Shown here: positions 32,490 through 42,464 of the stretch, piece by piece
How positions within the stretch are numbered: the stretch's first letter is position 1
How the letters are laid out: each line of letters opens with the position of its first letter
Source of the DNA: Microcoleus sp.
GTDB taxonomy: Bacteria > Cyanobacteriota > Cyanobacteriia > Cyanobacteriales > Microcoleaceae
Length of the DNA stretch: 64,000 bases
Direction of reading: 5' to 3'
Assembly: GCA_052279835.1 (NCBI GenBank)
Contig: CP181291.1
Coordinates: 5,312,001-5,376,000 of the forward strand
The notes under the pieces: model-generated
The model's database searches: none
Told to the model about the DNA's origin: nothing
Seen by the model: only the letters and a program-made list of their open reading frames with translations
Made by a program: the position numbers and the translations under genes

Positions 32490-32954
32490 TTAATAGCAAA
32501 AATGCTCTCTAAATATTGATTGTCGAAGCTTCTTCCATTCTTGTTTAGAAACATCGGCACGAGTTTTGTCACCCGATGGATCGCGGATAGTCCAAATGGT
32601 ATCTGCAACCCGATCAAGCGATCGCCCATGATAACGATAGTCGAAATCCCAGAAAGCATCACCGGCACAATCTCCTGGTTTAGCAATCATTTCGCCATCG
32701 ACTGTACGACGAATAGCATTCCATTCGCGGATGTAGATAGGAAAATCGTCCGATCGCAATTTGCGGCCTTCTAATTGAGGATTAACCTGGTAAAAAAACC
32801 AATCCGTCAACCGATCCACCGCCACAGTTCGTGATTCTAAATCCCGCGCTGTAGCACTGTCTATATTTCCCTTACTGAGAATAAGGGTAAAACCCAATAT
32901 ACACACCGCTGACAACTTCGATACAGACTTAATTGAGGGCAATTTAATTAGCAT
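32490..32954 (-). CDS. Secreted hypothetical protein (paralog of 33966-34445)
   Basis: Signal-like N-terminus; AVDRLTDWFFYQVNPQL. Confidence 0.75.
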   Translation of the reverse strand: MLIKLPSIKSVSKLSAVCILGFTLILSKGNIDSATARDLESRTVAVDRLTDWFFYQVNPQLEGRKLRSDDFPIYIREWNAIRRTVDGEMIAKPGDCAGDAFWDFDYRYHGRSLDRVADTIWTIRDPSGDKTRADVSKQEWKKLRQSIFREHFCY

Positions 32955-33033
32955 GATGAAACTTCATAAATGTTTATCTGTTCGCGACAAGCTGGCGATA
33001 AATCTTGTCTCACCCTTGGTTTTACCCTTTGTC

Positions 33034-33819
33034 TCACCATCCGTTTTTAGAACAAGAAGCTATTTGTCCTTTGGGTAACATTGTAGACAAACACCAATAA
33101 TTTTTACCATCAAACACCACCCCTTTTTTGATATATTGTAACTCAGCGATGGGTTGCCAAGGTCGATCGATATCAGACTCGTCATAATATCGATAGCGTC
33201 CTCCCTTCACTTCCAAACCCTCATCTGTACCACCTAGCCAATAACGACCCTCTTCAATTATATTTGATGACGCTCTTTGTGGATTAGTATCCGTCTTTTT
33301 CTCAATCCACCAATTCCTAACGAAACGTTTTATATTTTCCGCTCCCATAGTCGTAGCAACTACAACTAACAGTTCTTGTTTTTTATTAATAAACTCAAAC
33401 CGACAAGGCCCCTCGCCAGTGCCAGAGCAATCCTTAATCTCTTCATATCCCAAATCAAATAGCTCCTTCACAGAACGATTTCTCAGGTTAGGGGGTGTAC
33501 CCTGTAAGTATGGTTGCCACCCTTTTTTGATGAGGTTTTGACGGGCATTTTCGTAGGGCATACCTTTTTTAAGAGCTAGTCCTTCAGGGGCATTGGCATA
33601 ATTTTCAAGACTGAATTGCTGTGATATTTTGCTAGCATCTAAAGCTTTCGCAGCAGATGCCGTACAGATTCCGAGTAAGGTTAGTAGTAATACCATTGCT
33701 CTAAAATTGTGCAACACTCTTCGACCCCCCTTAGCCCCCCCTTGCCAAGGAGGGGGACAATAATACTGTTGCATTCTTTTTTTAAATTGGTATAACATTG
33801 CTATACTTTTTTTATTCAT
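33034..33819 (-). CDS. Secreted hypothetical protein; signal peptide interrupted by an in-frame MITE
   Basis: GMPYENARQNLIKKGWQP...CSGTGEGPCRFEF domain, plus a Cys-containing C-terminal domain. Confidence 0.75.
   Translation of the reverse strand: MNKKSIAMLYQFKKRMQQYYCPPPWQGGAKGGRRVLHNFRAMVLLLTLLGICTASAAKALDASKISQQFSLENYANAPEGLALKKGMPYENARQNLIKKGWQPYLQGTPPNLRNRSVKELFDLGYEEIKDCSGTGEGPCRFEFINKKQELLVVVATTMGAENIKRFVRNWWIEKKTDTNPQRASSNIIEEGRYWLGGTDEGLEVKGGRYRYYDESDIDRPWQPIAELQYIKKGVVFDGKNYWCLSTMLPKGQIASCSKNGW
33691..33792. mobile_element. 102-bp MITE with TAA target-site duplication
   Basis: TAA[TACCATTG...AAATTGGTA]TAA, with an internal CCCCCCTTGCCAAGG.GGGG palindrome. Confidence 0.8.
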
Positions 33820-33965
33820 ACAAATTTATCCTACCTAAGTGCTTTGCTGCGATTTAGCAATGCTAAATTATTTGGGAACTTCTTACTCCCTCCCCGCGAG
33901 TTCGGGGAGGGTTGCGGTGGGGTAAAAAAATTACGACTCATTGAGGATTTGTATAGCAGCGCATT

Positions 33966-34445
33966 TCAAATTCCACAATTAGAAATATACATATAGTATC
34001 GAATTGCAGACCATTCACTGATGCTGATTTTATCGTCTTTGGGAATTGGCTGTCCAGTCCGTTGAGGATGGCGACTATAAAAAATTGTATCTGCAAGTAA
34101 ATCGTAGGTTTGTTCGTAGGTTTGGCCGTTAATTGTGGTGAATTCCCATCCGAATTCTCCTCGGTCCGGAGTGTTGCAGACTTCTTGGGCGGGCTTAACT
34201 CGCGGATCGATCGCCTCGCGTAATTTTTGCCATTGACGGATATATTCGCGATCGCCCGTTTGCAGTTTCCGATTGTTTAACTGAGGATTAACCTTGTAGA
34301 ATAGGAAATCTGTTAGTCGATCGACTGCTTGCTCTCGCGATTCAGCTTTGGCTAAAGTGGGGCTGATTAGGAGAAGGGCGATCGCCAGAGCACAAACCAT
34401 GGAAAATCTGGACACAGGTTTAATCGACAGCAACTTGATTAGCAT
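33966..34445 (-). CDS. Secreted hypothetical protein (paralog of 32490-32954)
   Basis: Signal peptide ending AKA; AVDRLTDFLFYKVNPQL. Confidence 0.75.
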   Translation of the reverse strand: MLIKLLSIKPVSRFSMVCALAIALLLISPTLAKAESREQAVDRLTDFLFYKVNPQLNNRKLQTGDREYIRQWQKLREAIDPRVKPAQEVCNTPDRGEFGWEFTTINGQTYEQTYDLLADTIFYSRHPQRTGQPIPKDDKISISEWSAIRYYMYISNCGI

Positions 34446-34597
34446 AGTGATTTGGCATTCATTCCTAATTCTATCCCAACCATCTTAACCAGCACCTACA
34501 AAGGGTGTCCAGAAACCGGGTTTTTGCGGAATCTACGGACTGTAACGAAGTATTTTGATAAAAACCCGGTTTCTTCGATCGAAGTGCGTAATTCCTA

Positions 34598-34774
34598 TTA
34601 TTCCTGAAGTTCCGTTAATAACTGTTCCCCGAAAGGATGTTCTTGCAATTGCTCAAATATCAAAGCTCCTTTGCTGATTCCTTTTCGCCACAACCCAACA
34701 TAATTTTTCCAACCTTGGAGAACATTAGGATGATTTTCTGGCAATTTGCTGCGAAGAATTTCCACAGTTATAGC
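34598..34774 (-). pseudogene. C-terminal remnant of a TPR-repeat protein gene
   Basis: Stop-terminated 58-codon frame (EILRSKLPENHPNV...LLTELQE*) with no ATG; 5' end abuts a repeat. Confidence 0.55.
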
Positions 34775-34896
34775 ATGGGTCAGGGCGGGTTTACGAGATA
34801 GTTAGTTTTGCACAGAGATGGCTGGTAAAACCCGCCCCTACCACATCTAAAATCAGACAATAACAAAATTTCTTAATTTCAACCCCCGTTTCAACT

Positions 34897-34932
34897 GTAG
34901 ATACTGTCTTAACCTGTCCAGACAGTATCTAC
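34897..34932 (-). terminator. 13-bp perfect stem-loop just downstream of the YqaE/Pmp3 gene
   Basis: GTAGATACTGTCT...AGACAGTATCTAC. No clear U-tract. Confidence 0.45.
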
Positions 34933-34938
34933 GGGAAC

Positions 34939-35109
34939 TTAACCTCGATCGTGCTTGGCAATCACCCAAATGGCATGGACAATACCGGGAATAAAGCCCA
35001 AAAAGGTGAGAACCACGTTGATCCAAAAATCAGTGCCAATCCCAACCGTCAGAAATACGCCCAAGGGGGGAAGAAAAATGGCTGCGACTATGCGAATTAA
35101 ATTGTCCAT
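34939..35109 (-). CDS. YqaE/Pmp3 family membrane proteolipid (56 aa; absent from the ORF track)
   Basis: MDNLIRIVAAIFLPPLGVFLTVGIGTDFWINVVLTFLGFIPGIVHAIWVIAKHDRG. Confidence 0.92.
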   Translation of the reverse strand: MDNLIRIVAAIFLPPLGVFLTVGIGTDFWINVVLTFLGFIPGIVHAIWVIAKHDRG

Positions 35110-35148
35110 CTGAGTTGATCCAAACGACTTTTCTCTTTCAATTTAGCT

Positions 35149-36093
35149 TCACTGGCTTACAGAACCTTTACCGAAAAACTTAGGCGGTGCTGCCATAGTG
35201 TAAACTTCGGTTTCAGCGGCGATTACTTGTCGCAAGTGTCCAGCAACCTGCATCAATCCCAACAGTGTAATTCCGTCGAACATTCGGAACCCACCGATGG
35301 TTTTTTCAGCGAGTAATTTGTCGGTAACTTCGGGTTCGGGACGGGTGTTGATTTCCTGAGTTGAAGCTACTGCAAAACCCCAAGGAGCTCCATAAGTAGA
35401 AATAAAGCTGGTGCAAGATTGAACGTTGGGGAAAACTGATTTCAGTGTATTTACAATCCGGGCGTGCATTTTCATTTCTGCTGGAGAAACAGGCCCGGCT
35501 TGCACGACAAAATATCCTGTAGGGGACAATACGCGACGAACTTTCTCAAAATACTCTTTTGTAAACAACTGGAAAGAAGGGCCTTCTTCGATGGGATCGG
35601 ACAAGTCAGAAATGACAACATCCCAATCGCTATCACTGTTATCTAAATAGTCTAAAGCATCGCCGATTACTACTTCGCAACGAGGGTCATCAAAGGCATT
35701 TTGGTGCATTTCTGGTAGGTGTTCGCGACAAGCATCTACTACCTCGCCGTCGATATCAACCATCACTACTTTTTCCACACTTTTCCACCGCAGCACTTCT
35801 CTAATTGTAGCTCCTTCGCCACCACCGAGAACCAGGACTTTTTTTGGTGAACCGTGCATAGTCATGGCTGGGTGGACTAGGGGTTCGTGGTACAAAAACT
35901 CGTCGCCTGTACAAGATTGCCATTTGCCATCCAATACTAACCCTTTGCCGTAGGTGCCGGTTTCAACGACGTACATTTCTTGAAAGGCTGTTTTTTTGTA
36001 AGCCAGCACCCGTATGATGCCGTGAACGTAGATATCCCAAGGGGTAATGTACTCGCTCATCCAAAAATCTGCACGGACTTCGCTACCTGACAT
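35149..36093 (-). CDS. speE: Spermidine synthase / polyamine aminopropyltransferase
   Basis: LVLDGKWQ, DEFLYHE, VLVLGGGEG, VDIDGEV, DVVISDLSDP. Confidence 0.9.
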   Translation of the reverse strand: MSGSEVRADFWMSEYITPWDIYVHGIIRVLAYKKTAFQEMYVVETGTYGKGLVLDGKWQSCTGDEFLYHEPLVHPAMTMHGSPKKVLVLGGGEGATIREVLRWKSVEKVVMVDIDGEVVDACREHLPEMHQNAFDDPRCEVVIGDALDYLDNSDSDWDVVISDLSDPIEEGPSFQLFTKEYFEKVRRVLSPTGYFVVQAGPVSPAEMKMHARIVNTLKSVFPNVQSCTSFISTYGAPWGFAVASTQEINTRPEPEVTDKLLAEKTIGGFRMFDGITLLGLMQVAGHLRQVIAAETEVYTMAAPPKFFGKGSVSQ

Positions 36094-36526
36094 CTAATAC
36101 TCTCCCAGTGTAAATTACTTAAGTAGTAATTCATAGCACAAAATGGCGATCGGATGTAAGTGCGATCGACACAAACAGGTTGTATAGCCTTTCTCCGGTA
36201 AATTAGATGCTGATGAGCTTAGGGAATTGGGAATTCGGCAACCCCCCCAAGGGCAGGAGGGAATTGGAAATTGCGAATTGGTGGTTCCTTATTGGCGAAA
36301 TCTAATAGTTAATATTAAGATAAATTAGGCACAAATAAGCTTAATAAAAATGCCCAACTTTTTGAAAAAGTCAGGGATAAAATAGCAGAGTATTTTATGT
36401 TTAATTTTGAAAAAGTGAGCGATAATAAAAACTCTCTTTGATTGAATGCTCTTTGGTCCCATGCTCCCGGATTCATTCTGAAAGCAGGCTGACTGGGGGC
36501 ATCTAAAATCTCAAATCTAAGATTTC

Positions 36527-39124
36527 ATGACTGCGGCTGTTTCTAGTTTGGTGTGTAATGCTATGTCTACTCTCACTTTTGGTTTGTCAACGCCCTCCGC
36601 TGCTGAGCCTGGGGCATTTTACGGCAGCAATCAACCGCCAAGTCGCCCCACCGTGCGGGCACAGTGGATCGAAGTTTTGGTAGACTTTCCTTTCAGGGGC
36701 GCGGGGGACCCCCCAGGGGAGGAAAACAAGTTATTTACTTATCGGTTGCCGGCCCAACTGACGGTGCAACCAGGAGATATTCTGAGTGTACCATTTGGCA
36801 GTCAACAGGTGGGGGCGATCGCCATTCGTTTTGTTTCTCAACTACCGCTAAACTTAGACCCCGCCAAGGTTAAAGATGTTGAAGATGTGGTCAGCACGGG
36901 ATTTTTTGTTCCTACTTACTGGGAATTGCTCGAACGCACTTCTATCTATTATTGCACGCCTTTAATTCAAGTAATTAGAGCTTCATTACCACCGGGATTG
37001 TTAAGCCGTTCTGTGCGTCGCATTCGGTTAAATAAAAATGCTATTTCTCCTAATGCGGAATTATTTCTGAATCCCGCAGCTAGTCAGATTTTACAATTAT
37101 TGCAAGCTCAAAAAAACGGCGATTATACTTGGCAATACCTCCAACGGCAAGTGAAGGGGGCTTATCGGGGATTGCGAGATTTATTAAAACGGGGTTGGGT
37201 AGAAAGTTATTTAGAACCTCCTCATCCTCCCAAACCCAAACTCAAACCCGCAGTCACATTAATTGTCAATGCTTTTGTGACGGATTTGACCCAGCGTCAA
37301 CAAGAAGTCTTGGAGGTTTTGCGACGCGGTGGCGGTGAAATGTGGGTGAATGATTTATTAAAAATTTGCAGTGCTAGTTCCTCGGTTGTCAAAGCTTTGG
37401 AACAAAAAGGTAGCGTGGTAATTGACCAAAGAGAAGTGCTCAGGGGCGATCGCCCAATTCCCCAAATTGCTGACTCACCCAAAACTTTAACTGATTTTCA
37501 GGCTGAAGCTTTAGCATTTATTAACAGTTTTTCGGGTTTTCGTCAAGTGCTGCTCCATGGTGTGACAGGTTCTGGGAAAACTGAAGTGTACTTACAGGCG
37601 ATCGCCCCAATCTTAGCTAGTGGCAAATCCGCCCTCGTACTCGTCCCAGAAATCGGCCTGACACCACAACTTACAGATAGATTTCGCGCCCGTTTTGGCG
37701 AGCAAATTTGCGTATATCACAGCGCCCTCTCCGACGGCGAACGTTACGATACATGGCGTCAGATGCTCACTGGAACGCCGCAAATTGTCATTGGCACGCG
37801 ATCGGCTATTTTTGCACCTTTACCTCAATTAGGCTTAATTATCCTCGATGAAGAACATGACACCAGCTTCAAACAAGAAAAACCAGCCCCTTGCTACCAC
37901 GCCCGCACCGTAGCCAAATGGCGCGCCGAATTAGAAAATTGTCCCCTAATTTTAGGTTCTGCTACCCCAGCTTTAGAGACTTTTTTCGCCACTCAAATTA
38001 ATAATTACTCCTTGCCAACTATTCATTATTTATCATTACCCGAACGCATTTATGCGCGCCCGATGCCACCAATTCAAATAGTCGATATGCGCCAAGAATT
38101 GCGGCAAGGAAATCGCTCTATTTTTAGCGTGGCTCTGCAAAATGCTCTGGAAGAATTGCAAACTAGACAACAGCAAGGTATTCTATTTATTCACCGAAGA
38201 GGACACAGTACCTTTGTGTCTTGTCGGAGTTGTGGTTATGTGATGGAATGCCCAAATTGTGATGTGTCGCTTTCTTATCACCAAATCGGTGAAGGGACAT
38301 CAGAAATGTTGCGCTGTCACTACTGCAACCATACAGAAAGACACCCTCAAAATTGTCCAGAATGCAGGTCTCCTTATTTCAAAAATTTTGGCAGTGGTAC
38401 TCAGCGAGTCGAACAGGAATTAACCAGATTGTTTCCCCAATTGCGGGCAATTCGGTTTGATAGTGATACGACTCGAAATAAGGGCGACCACCGGAGATTG
38501 TTAACCCAATTTGCCCAGGGGGAAGCTGATATTTTGTTGGGAACACAAATGCTAACTAAAGGGTTGGATTTAGCTGGGGTGACATTGGTGGGAGTTGTCT
38601 CGGCTGATGGGTTGCTAAATTTGTCTGATTATCGGGCCAGCGAACGGGCATTTCAAACTTTAACTCAAGTGGCGGGCCGTGCTGGTAGAGGTGACGATCC
38701 GGGAAGGGTAATTATGCAAACTTATACTCCCGAACATCGGGTAATTCAAGCAGTTAGACGGCACGAATATGCAAGTTTTGTAGAAACAGAATTAGCAGCA
38801 AGGGCGGCCATGAATTATCCTCCTTCGGGGCGGCTGGTTTTGTTGCGATTAAGTAGTTTGGAGGCGGCGGAAGTTGCGGTGACGGCGGTACAATTGGCGT
38901 CTGTTTGTCAGGAGTATATTGAGGGATTGTCTTTACCGGGTTGTGAGTTGTTGGGGCCCGCACCGGCGGCGATTATGCGGGTAGCAAATCGGTATCGGTG
39001 GCAGATTTTGCTGAAGTTGCCTTTGGATGAGTCGGTGGATTTGTCGGATTTGATCGGATTGCGCGATCGCATTCCTCGTTCTGTTAGTTTAACTATTGAT
39101 GTCGATCCGTTGAATTTTGGTTGA
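36527..39124 (+). CDS. priA: Primosomal protein N' (PriA helicase)
   Basis: HGVTGSGKT, LDEEH, four CxxC motifs, QVAGRAGR, IDVDP. Confidence 0.97.
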   Translation: MTAAVSSLVCNAMSTLTFGLSTPSAAEPGAFYGSNQPPSRPTVRAQWIEVLVDFPFRGAGDPPGEENKLFTYRLPAQLTVQPGDILSVPFGSQQVGAIAIRFVSQLPLNLDPAKVKDVEDVVSTGFFVPTYWELLERTSIYYCTPLIQVIRASLPPGLLSRSVRRIRLNKNAISPNAELFLNPAASQILQLLQAQKNGDYTWQYLQRQVKGAYRGLRDLLKRGWVESYLEPPHPPKPKLKPAVTLIVNAFVTDLTQRQQEVLEVLRRGGGEMWVNDLLKICSASSSVVKALEQKGSVVIDQREVLRGDRPIPQIADSPKTLTDFQAEALAFINSFSGFRQVLLHGVTGSGKTEVYLQAIAPILASGKSALVLVPEIGLTPQLTDRFRARFGEQICVYHSALSDGERYDTWRQMLTGTPQIVIGTRSAIFAPLPQLGLIILDEEHDTSFKQEKPAPCYHARTVAKWRAELENCPLILGSATPALETFFATQINNYSLPTIHYLSLPERIYARPMPPIQIVDMRQELRQGNRSIFSVALQNALEELQTRQQQGILFIHRRGHSTFVSCRSCGYVMECPNCDVSLSYHQIGEGTSEMLRCHYCNHTERHPQNCPECRSPYFKNFGSGTQRVEQELTRLFPQLRAIRFDSDTTRNKGDHRRLLTQFAQGEADILLGTQMLTKGLDLAGVTLVGVVSADGLLNLSDYRASERAFQTLTQVAGRAGRGDDPGRVIMQTYTPEHRVIQAVRRHEYASFVETELAARAAMNYPPSGRLVLLRLSSLEAAEVAVTAVQLASVCQEYIEGLSLPGCELLGPAPAAIMRVANRYRWQILLKLPLDESVDLSDLIGLRDRIPRSVSLTIDVDPLNFG

Positions 39125-39374
39125 TTGCTTGGATGGGGGCGGGTTGATTTAGATTTTTTGTCAGTTTCCCATATTTTTGGTAAAACCCGCCCCTACAACC
39201 AATCCTAGACAGATATTGCACTGTAAACTGATAACTTTTTATTATAAGTTGTATAAAAAATATCTATCATTCATTGTTGCAGTTAATTGTCAAAAAACCT
39301 TTAAGATGATTTAGTTATTGCAATTAATTGTCAAAATGTAAACTAGCATTGGGGCTAAAACAGGAGAGAGATTA

Positions 39375-40349
39375 ATGAATGTAAGTTTAAAAGTGCTGGC
39401 TGGTGCTAGCGCAGGATTGTTGCTGCTAGGGGGTTTGGCTGCGAATACCATGGGAATTGGGCAAAAGGCGATCGCCCAACAGACTCCCCAAGGCGATCGA
39501 GATTTGAGAGCACAAGCTCCAATAAATCGCATTAGAATTGTGTTTGCCAATCGTAGAGATGCCACAGATTTGCAAAACAAAGCTAATCAAGTAGCAGCCA
39601 TACTCTCAAAAGCGATGGGAATTCCCGTCGAAGCAGTCATCGGCGACGAAACCGCAGCCGTCGAAGCTTTGAGAGCAAATAGAGCTGATGTAGCTTTTGT
39701 CGCAGGGCGCGCCGCCTTGAAAGCTGAGCAATTAGCCAAAGCACGGATGTATTTAGCCGAAGTTCGCAGCGATTATTCCGGCGGAAATACCTACGATTCT
39801 GTATTTGTCGTGCGTCAAGACAGCCCCCTACGCCCGAAAGGTAGTGCAAAGCAAACCCTAGAACAATTGAAAGGTAAAAAAATTGCTTTCACCTCTCGCA
39901 CTTCCGGTTCGGGATTTATTTTTCCAGTGGGAGAGTTGGTTGGTCAAGGATTAGTATCAGGACCTGATAGATTGGAAAGTTTCTTCGGAAATGTCACCTA
40001 TGGTGATGGTTACGGTAGCGCTTTACAAGCAGTTTTAAAAGGTCAAGCAGAAGTTGCTGCGGTATCAGAATATGCTTTGCTACCACCTTGGATTACAGCA
40101 GCAGAAGGTAAACAATTGCGAGTGTTGCAACAAGTTCCGGGAGTTCCCGCCCATGGAATTGTGATTGACGATCGCATTCCTGCCCCAATGCGAGAAAAGC
40201 TAATTAATGCTTTATTGACTATGAATGAGCCGACAAACAATTCATTGTTCCGCAGTTTGTACAATTCCCAAAAATTAGTAAAAGTCGATCACAATACCCA
40301 TTTAGCAACGTTAAGTCAAGCTTTGAAACGCGCTAAATTAGACCCGTAA
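39375..40349 (+). CDS. phnD: Phosphate/phosphite/phosphonate ABC transporter substrate-binding protein
   Basis: AVEALRANRADVAF, YDSVFVV, IAFTSRTSGSGFIFP. Confidence 0.85.
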   Translation: MNVSLKVLAGASAGLLLLGGLAANTMGIGQKAIAQQTPQGDRDLRAQAPINRIRIVFANRRDATDLQNKANQVAAILSKAMGIPVEAVIGDETAAVEALRANRADVAFVAGRAALKAEQLAKARMYLAEVRSDYSGGNTYDSVFVVRQDSPLRPKGSAKQTLEQLKGKKIAFTSRTSGSGFIFPVGELVGQGLVSGPDRLESFFGNVTYGDGYGSALQAVLKGQAEVAAVSEYALLPPWITAAEGKQLRVLQQVPGVPAHGIVIDDRIPAPMREKLINALLTMNEPTNNSLFRSLYNSQKLVKVDHNTHLATLSQALKRAKLDP

Positions 40350-40530
40350 TTTGATGAGGTTTATTGTTTACTGTTGACTGTGAGTCATTGCTTCCTTCGA
40401 CTACGCTCAGGGAGCAATACATCGTTCCCAGGCTCTGCCTGGGAATGCAATTCCAGAGGCTCTGCCTCAGCCTAAAAATAGCCTTAAACTGGTAATTTGC
40501 TGTTCCCAAATCTATCAATAAATACTGACG

Positions 40531-41271
40531 ATGACCATCGAATGTTCTCAAATAAAAACAGCTTATTCCCCCTCGCTAAATCGGTCAATTCTCAACGGAA
40601 TTGATTGTAAGATCGAACAAGGAGAATTTGTCGCCTTACTCGGTTTGAACGGTGCGGGAAAATCCACCCTATTGCGCTCCTTTGTTGGCTTAGTCCCCGT
40701 CCAAACCGGAGAGATGCGGATTAATGATATGGTGATGAATACGCGCACGATCGCCAGAATTCGTCGGGATATCGGCTTGATTTTTCAAGGTGGCGGTTTG
40801 GTGAAGCAGTCCCAGGCGATCGAGAACGTGTTGTGCGGTTGTTTGGGAAGCTTAAATACTTGGCAGACACTGTGGGGTTTTCCGAAACCAAAGCGCGATC
40901 GAGCTTTGGAATTACTCGCAGATTTCGGACTCCAAGACCTAGCATATCAAAAAACTGGACTACTCAGTGGCGGACAACAGCAAAAAGTAGCCATCGCCCG
41001 CGCCTTAATTCAATCTCCACGGATTTTATTAGCCGACGAACCTACCACCGGATTAGATGTCATCGCCGCCCGACAAGTCATGGAAATTCTCGCCAAACTC
41101 CACAAAGAAGAGGGGATGACAGTAGTGGTAGTATTGCACGACTTAGCCATGGCGAGCAATTATCCTGAAAGGGCGATCGTCCTCGATGCCGGTCAAATAA
41201 TCTATGATGGCAAATGTCAAAACTTGTCCGAAAAATTCAGCAGATTAAAACAGTCCAAAATTGCAGTCTAA
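40531..41271 (+). CDS. phnC: Phosphonate ABC transporter ATP-binding protein
   Basis: GLNGAGKST, LSGGQQQKVAIARAL, LADEP. Confidence 0.87.
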   Translation: MTIECSQIKTAYSPSLNRSILNGIDCKIEQGEFVALLGLNGAGKSTLLRSFVGLVPVQTGEMRINDMVMNTRTIARIRRDIGLIFQGGGLVKQSQAIENVLCGCLGSLNTWQTLWGFPKPKRDRALELLADFGLQDLAYQKTGLLSGGQQQKVAIARALIQSPRILLADEPTTGLDVIAARQVMEILAKLHKEEGMTVVVVLHDLAMASNYPERAIVLDAGQIIYDGKCQNLSEKFSRLKQSKIAV

Positions 41272-41381
41272 ACTCTACCCTTCTCCACTCTTCCTCTGCG
41301 CCCTCTGCGCCCTCTGCGGTTAATAAAAAAAAATAACCAAACACAAAATATCACTGTAAATAAAAATATAAACAAATACAA

Positions 41382-42176
41382 ATGAACGAAAAAAGACTAA
41401 ATAATTTATCAAAAAACTATAGTTGGGTAAAAAACCTAGGGATTATAGCAGGTTTAATTATAATTTATGGTTGGGCGCTCAGGGGATTAGAAATTGACGC
41501 GGAAACCTTGGTTAGCAGTTGGCCTTACATGACCGATTTTATTTCCCGTTTGTGGCCTCCGAATCTGGAAATTATAGATGTAGCAATCAAGGCTTTGATT
41601 GAGACTATTCAAATGTCTTTATGGGGAACCACTATCGGGGCAGTTTTTTCTGTACCGATCGCTATTTGTAGCGCCCATAATATAGCACCAAAGTGGTTGC
41701 AATTGCCTGCTAATTTTATCCAAAATGCGGTGCGTTCCGTGCCTTCGATTGTGTTAGGATTGTTGTTTGTATCGGCTACAGGCTTGGGGGCACCGGCGGG
41801 TACTTTGGCTTTGGGTATTTATACGATCGGCTATTTGGCTAAATTTTACCAGGAGGCGATCGAATCTGTAGAAGTGCGATCGATCGAATCTTTGCAGGTA
41901 GGAGGTGCATCTTGGCTGCAAGTTGCCCAATATGGAATTTTCCCCCAAGTATTGCCCCTAGGGTTGGGTTATACTCTGTGGATGTTTGAATATAACATCC
42001 GCGCTGCTTCCGTTTTGGGAGTAGTTGGTGCTGGTGGTATTGGTTTTGAATTAGTTAATTATATTCGAGCTTTTGAATACAATAAAGCTACAACTATGAT
42101 GTTAGTTTTGTTAGTTGTGGTGACGGTTATAGATGTGATTAGTAGTAAATGGCGGCAGCGTTTAGAAGCTAAGTAA
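41382..42176 (+). CDS. phnE: Phosphonate ABC transporter permease
   Basis: FEYNIRAASVLGVVGAGGIG. Confidence 0.9.
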   Translation: MNEKRLNNLSKNYSWVKNLGIIAGLIIIYGWALRGLEIDAETLVSSWPYMTDFISRLWPPNLEIIDVAIKALIETIQMSLWGTTIGAVFSVPIAICSAHNIAPKWLQLPANFIQNAVRSVPSIVLGLLFVSATGLGAPAGTLALGIYTIGYLAKFYQEAIESVEVRSIESLQVGGASWLQVAQYGIFPQVLPLGLGYTLWMFEYNIRAASVLGVVGAGGIGFELVNYIRAFEYNKATTMMLVLLVVVTVIDVISSKWRQRLEAK

Positions 42177-42200
42177 GATTAATTGAACCGCGAAGGTGCA

Positions 42201-42416
42201 AAGAACCCCCCCCTGCCCCCCCCAAGGGGGGAATCAAACAGCCCTGGAACCCCAAGGAAGAACCCCCCCCTGCCCCCCCCCAAGGGGGGAATCAAACAGC
42301 CCTGGAACCCCAAGGAAGAACCCCCCCTGCCCCCCCCAAGGGGGGAATCAAACAGCCTTGCCCCCCAAGGGGGGAATGAAACAGCCTTGCCCCCAAGGGG
42401 GGAATGAAACAGCCCT
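42201..42416. repeat. Compound tandem repeat (3 x ~57 bp plus 2 x ~30 bp)
   Basis: Built on the CCCCCTGCCCCCCCAAGGGGGGAA core. Confidence 0.9.
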
Positions 42417-42464
42417 GCGGCTGCCAGCGGGTTAAAAATTTACTGGGCTTATGCCCAGTTATTC

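Noticed and set aside
33855..33953. Further member of the ~100-bp MITE group (also a partial end at ~10126)
   Set aside because: The termini are too degenerate and no clean TSD could be assigned.
39290..39330. Pho (SphR) box upstream of phnD
   Set aside because: No convincing 11-bp-spaced YTTAAYY repeats.
42183..42435. Pro/Gly-rich ORFs (also 53868-54292, 14800-15012, 59364-59630, 62054-62263)
   Set aside because: Translations of tandem or dispersed repeats.
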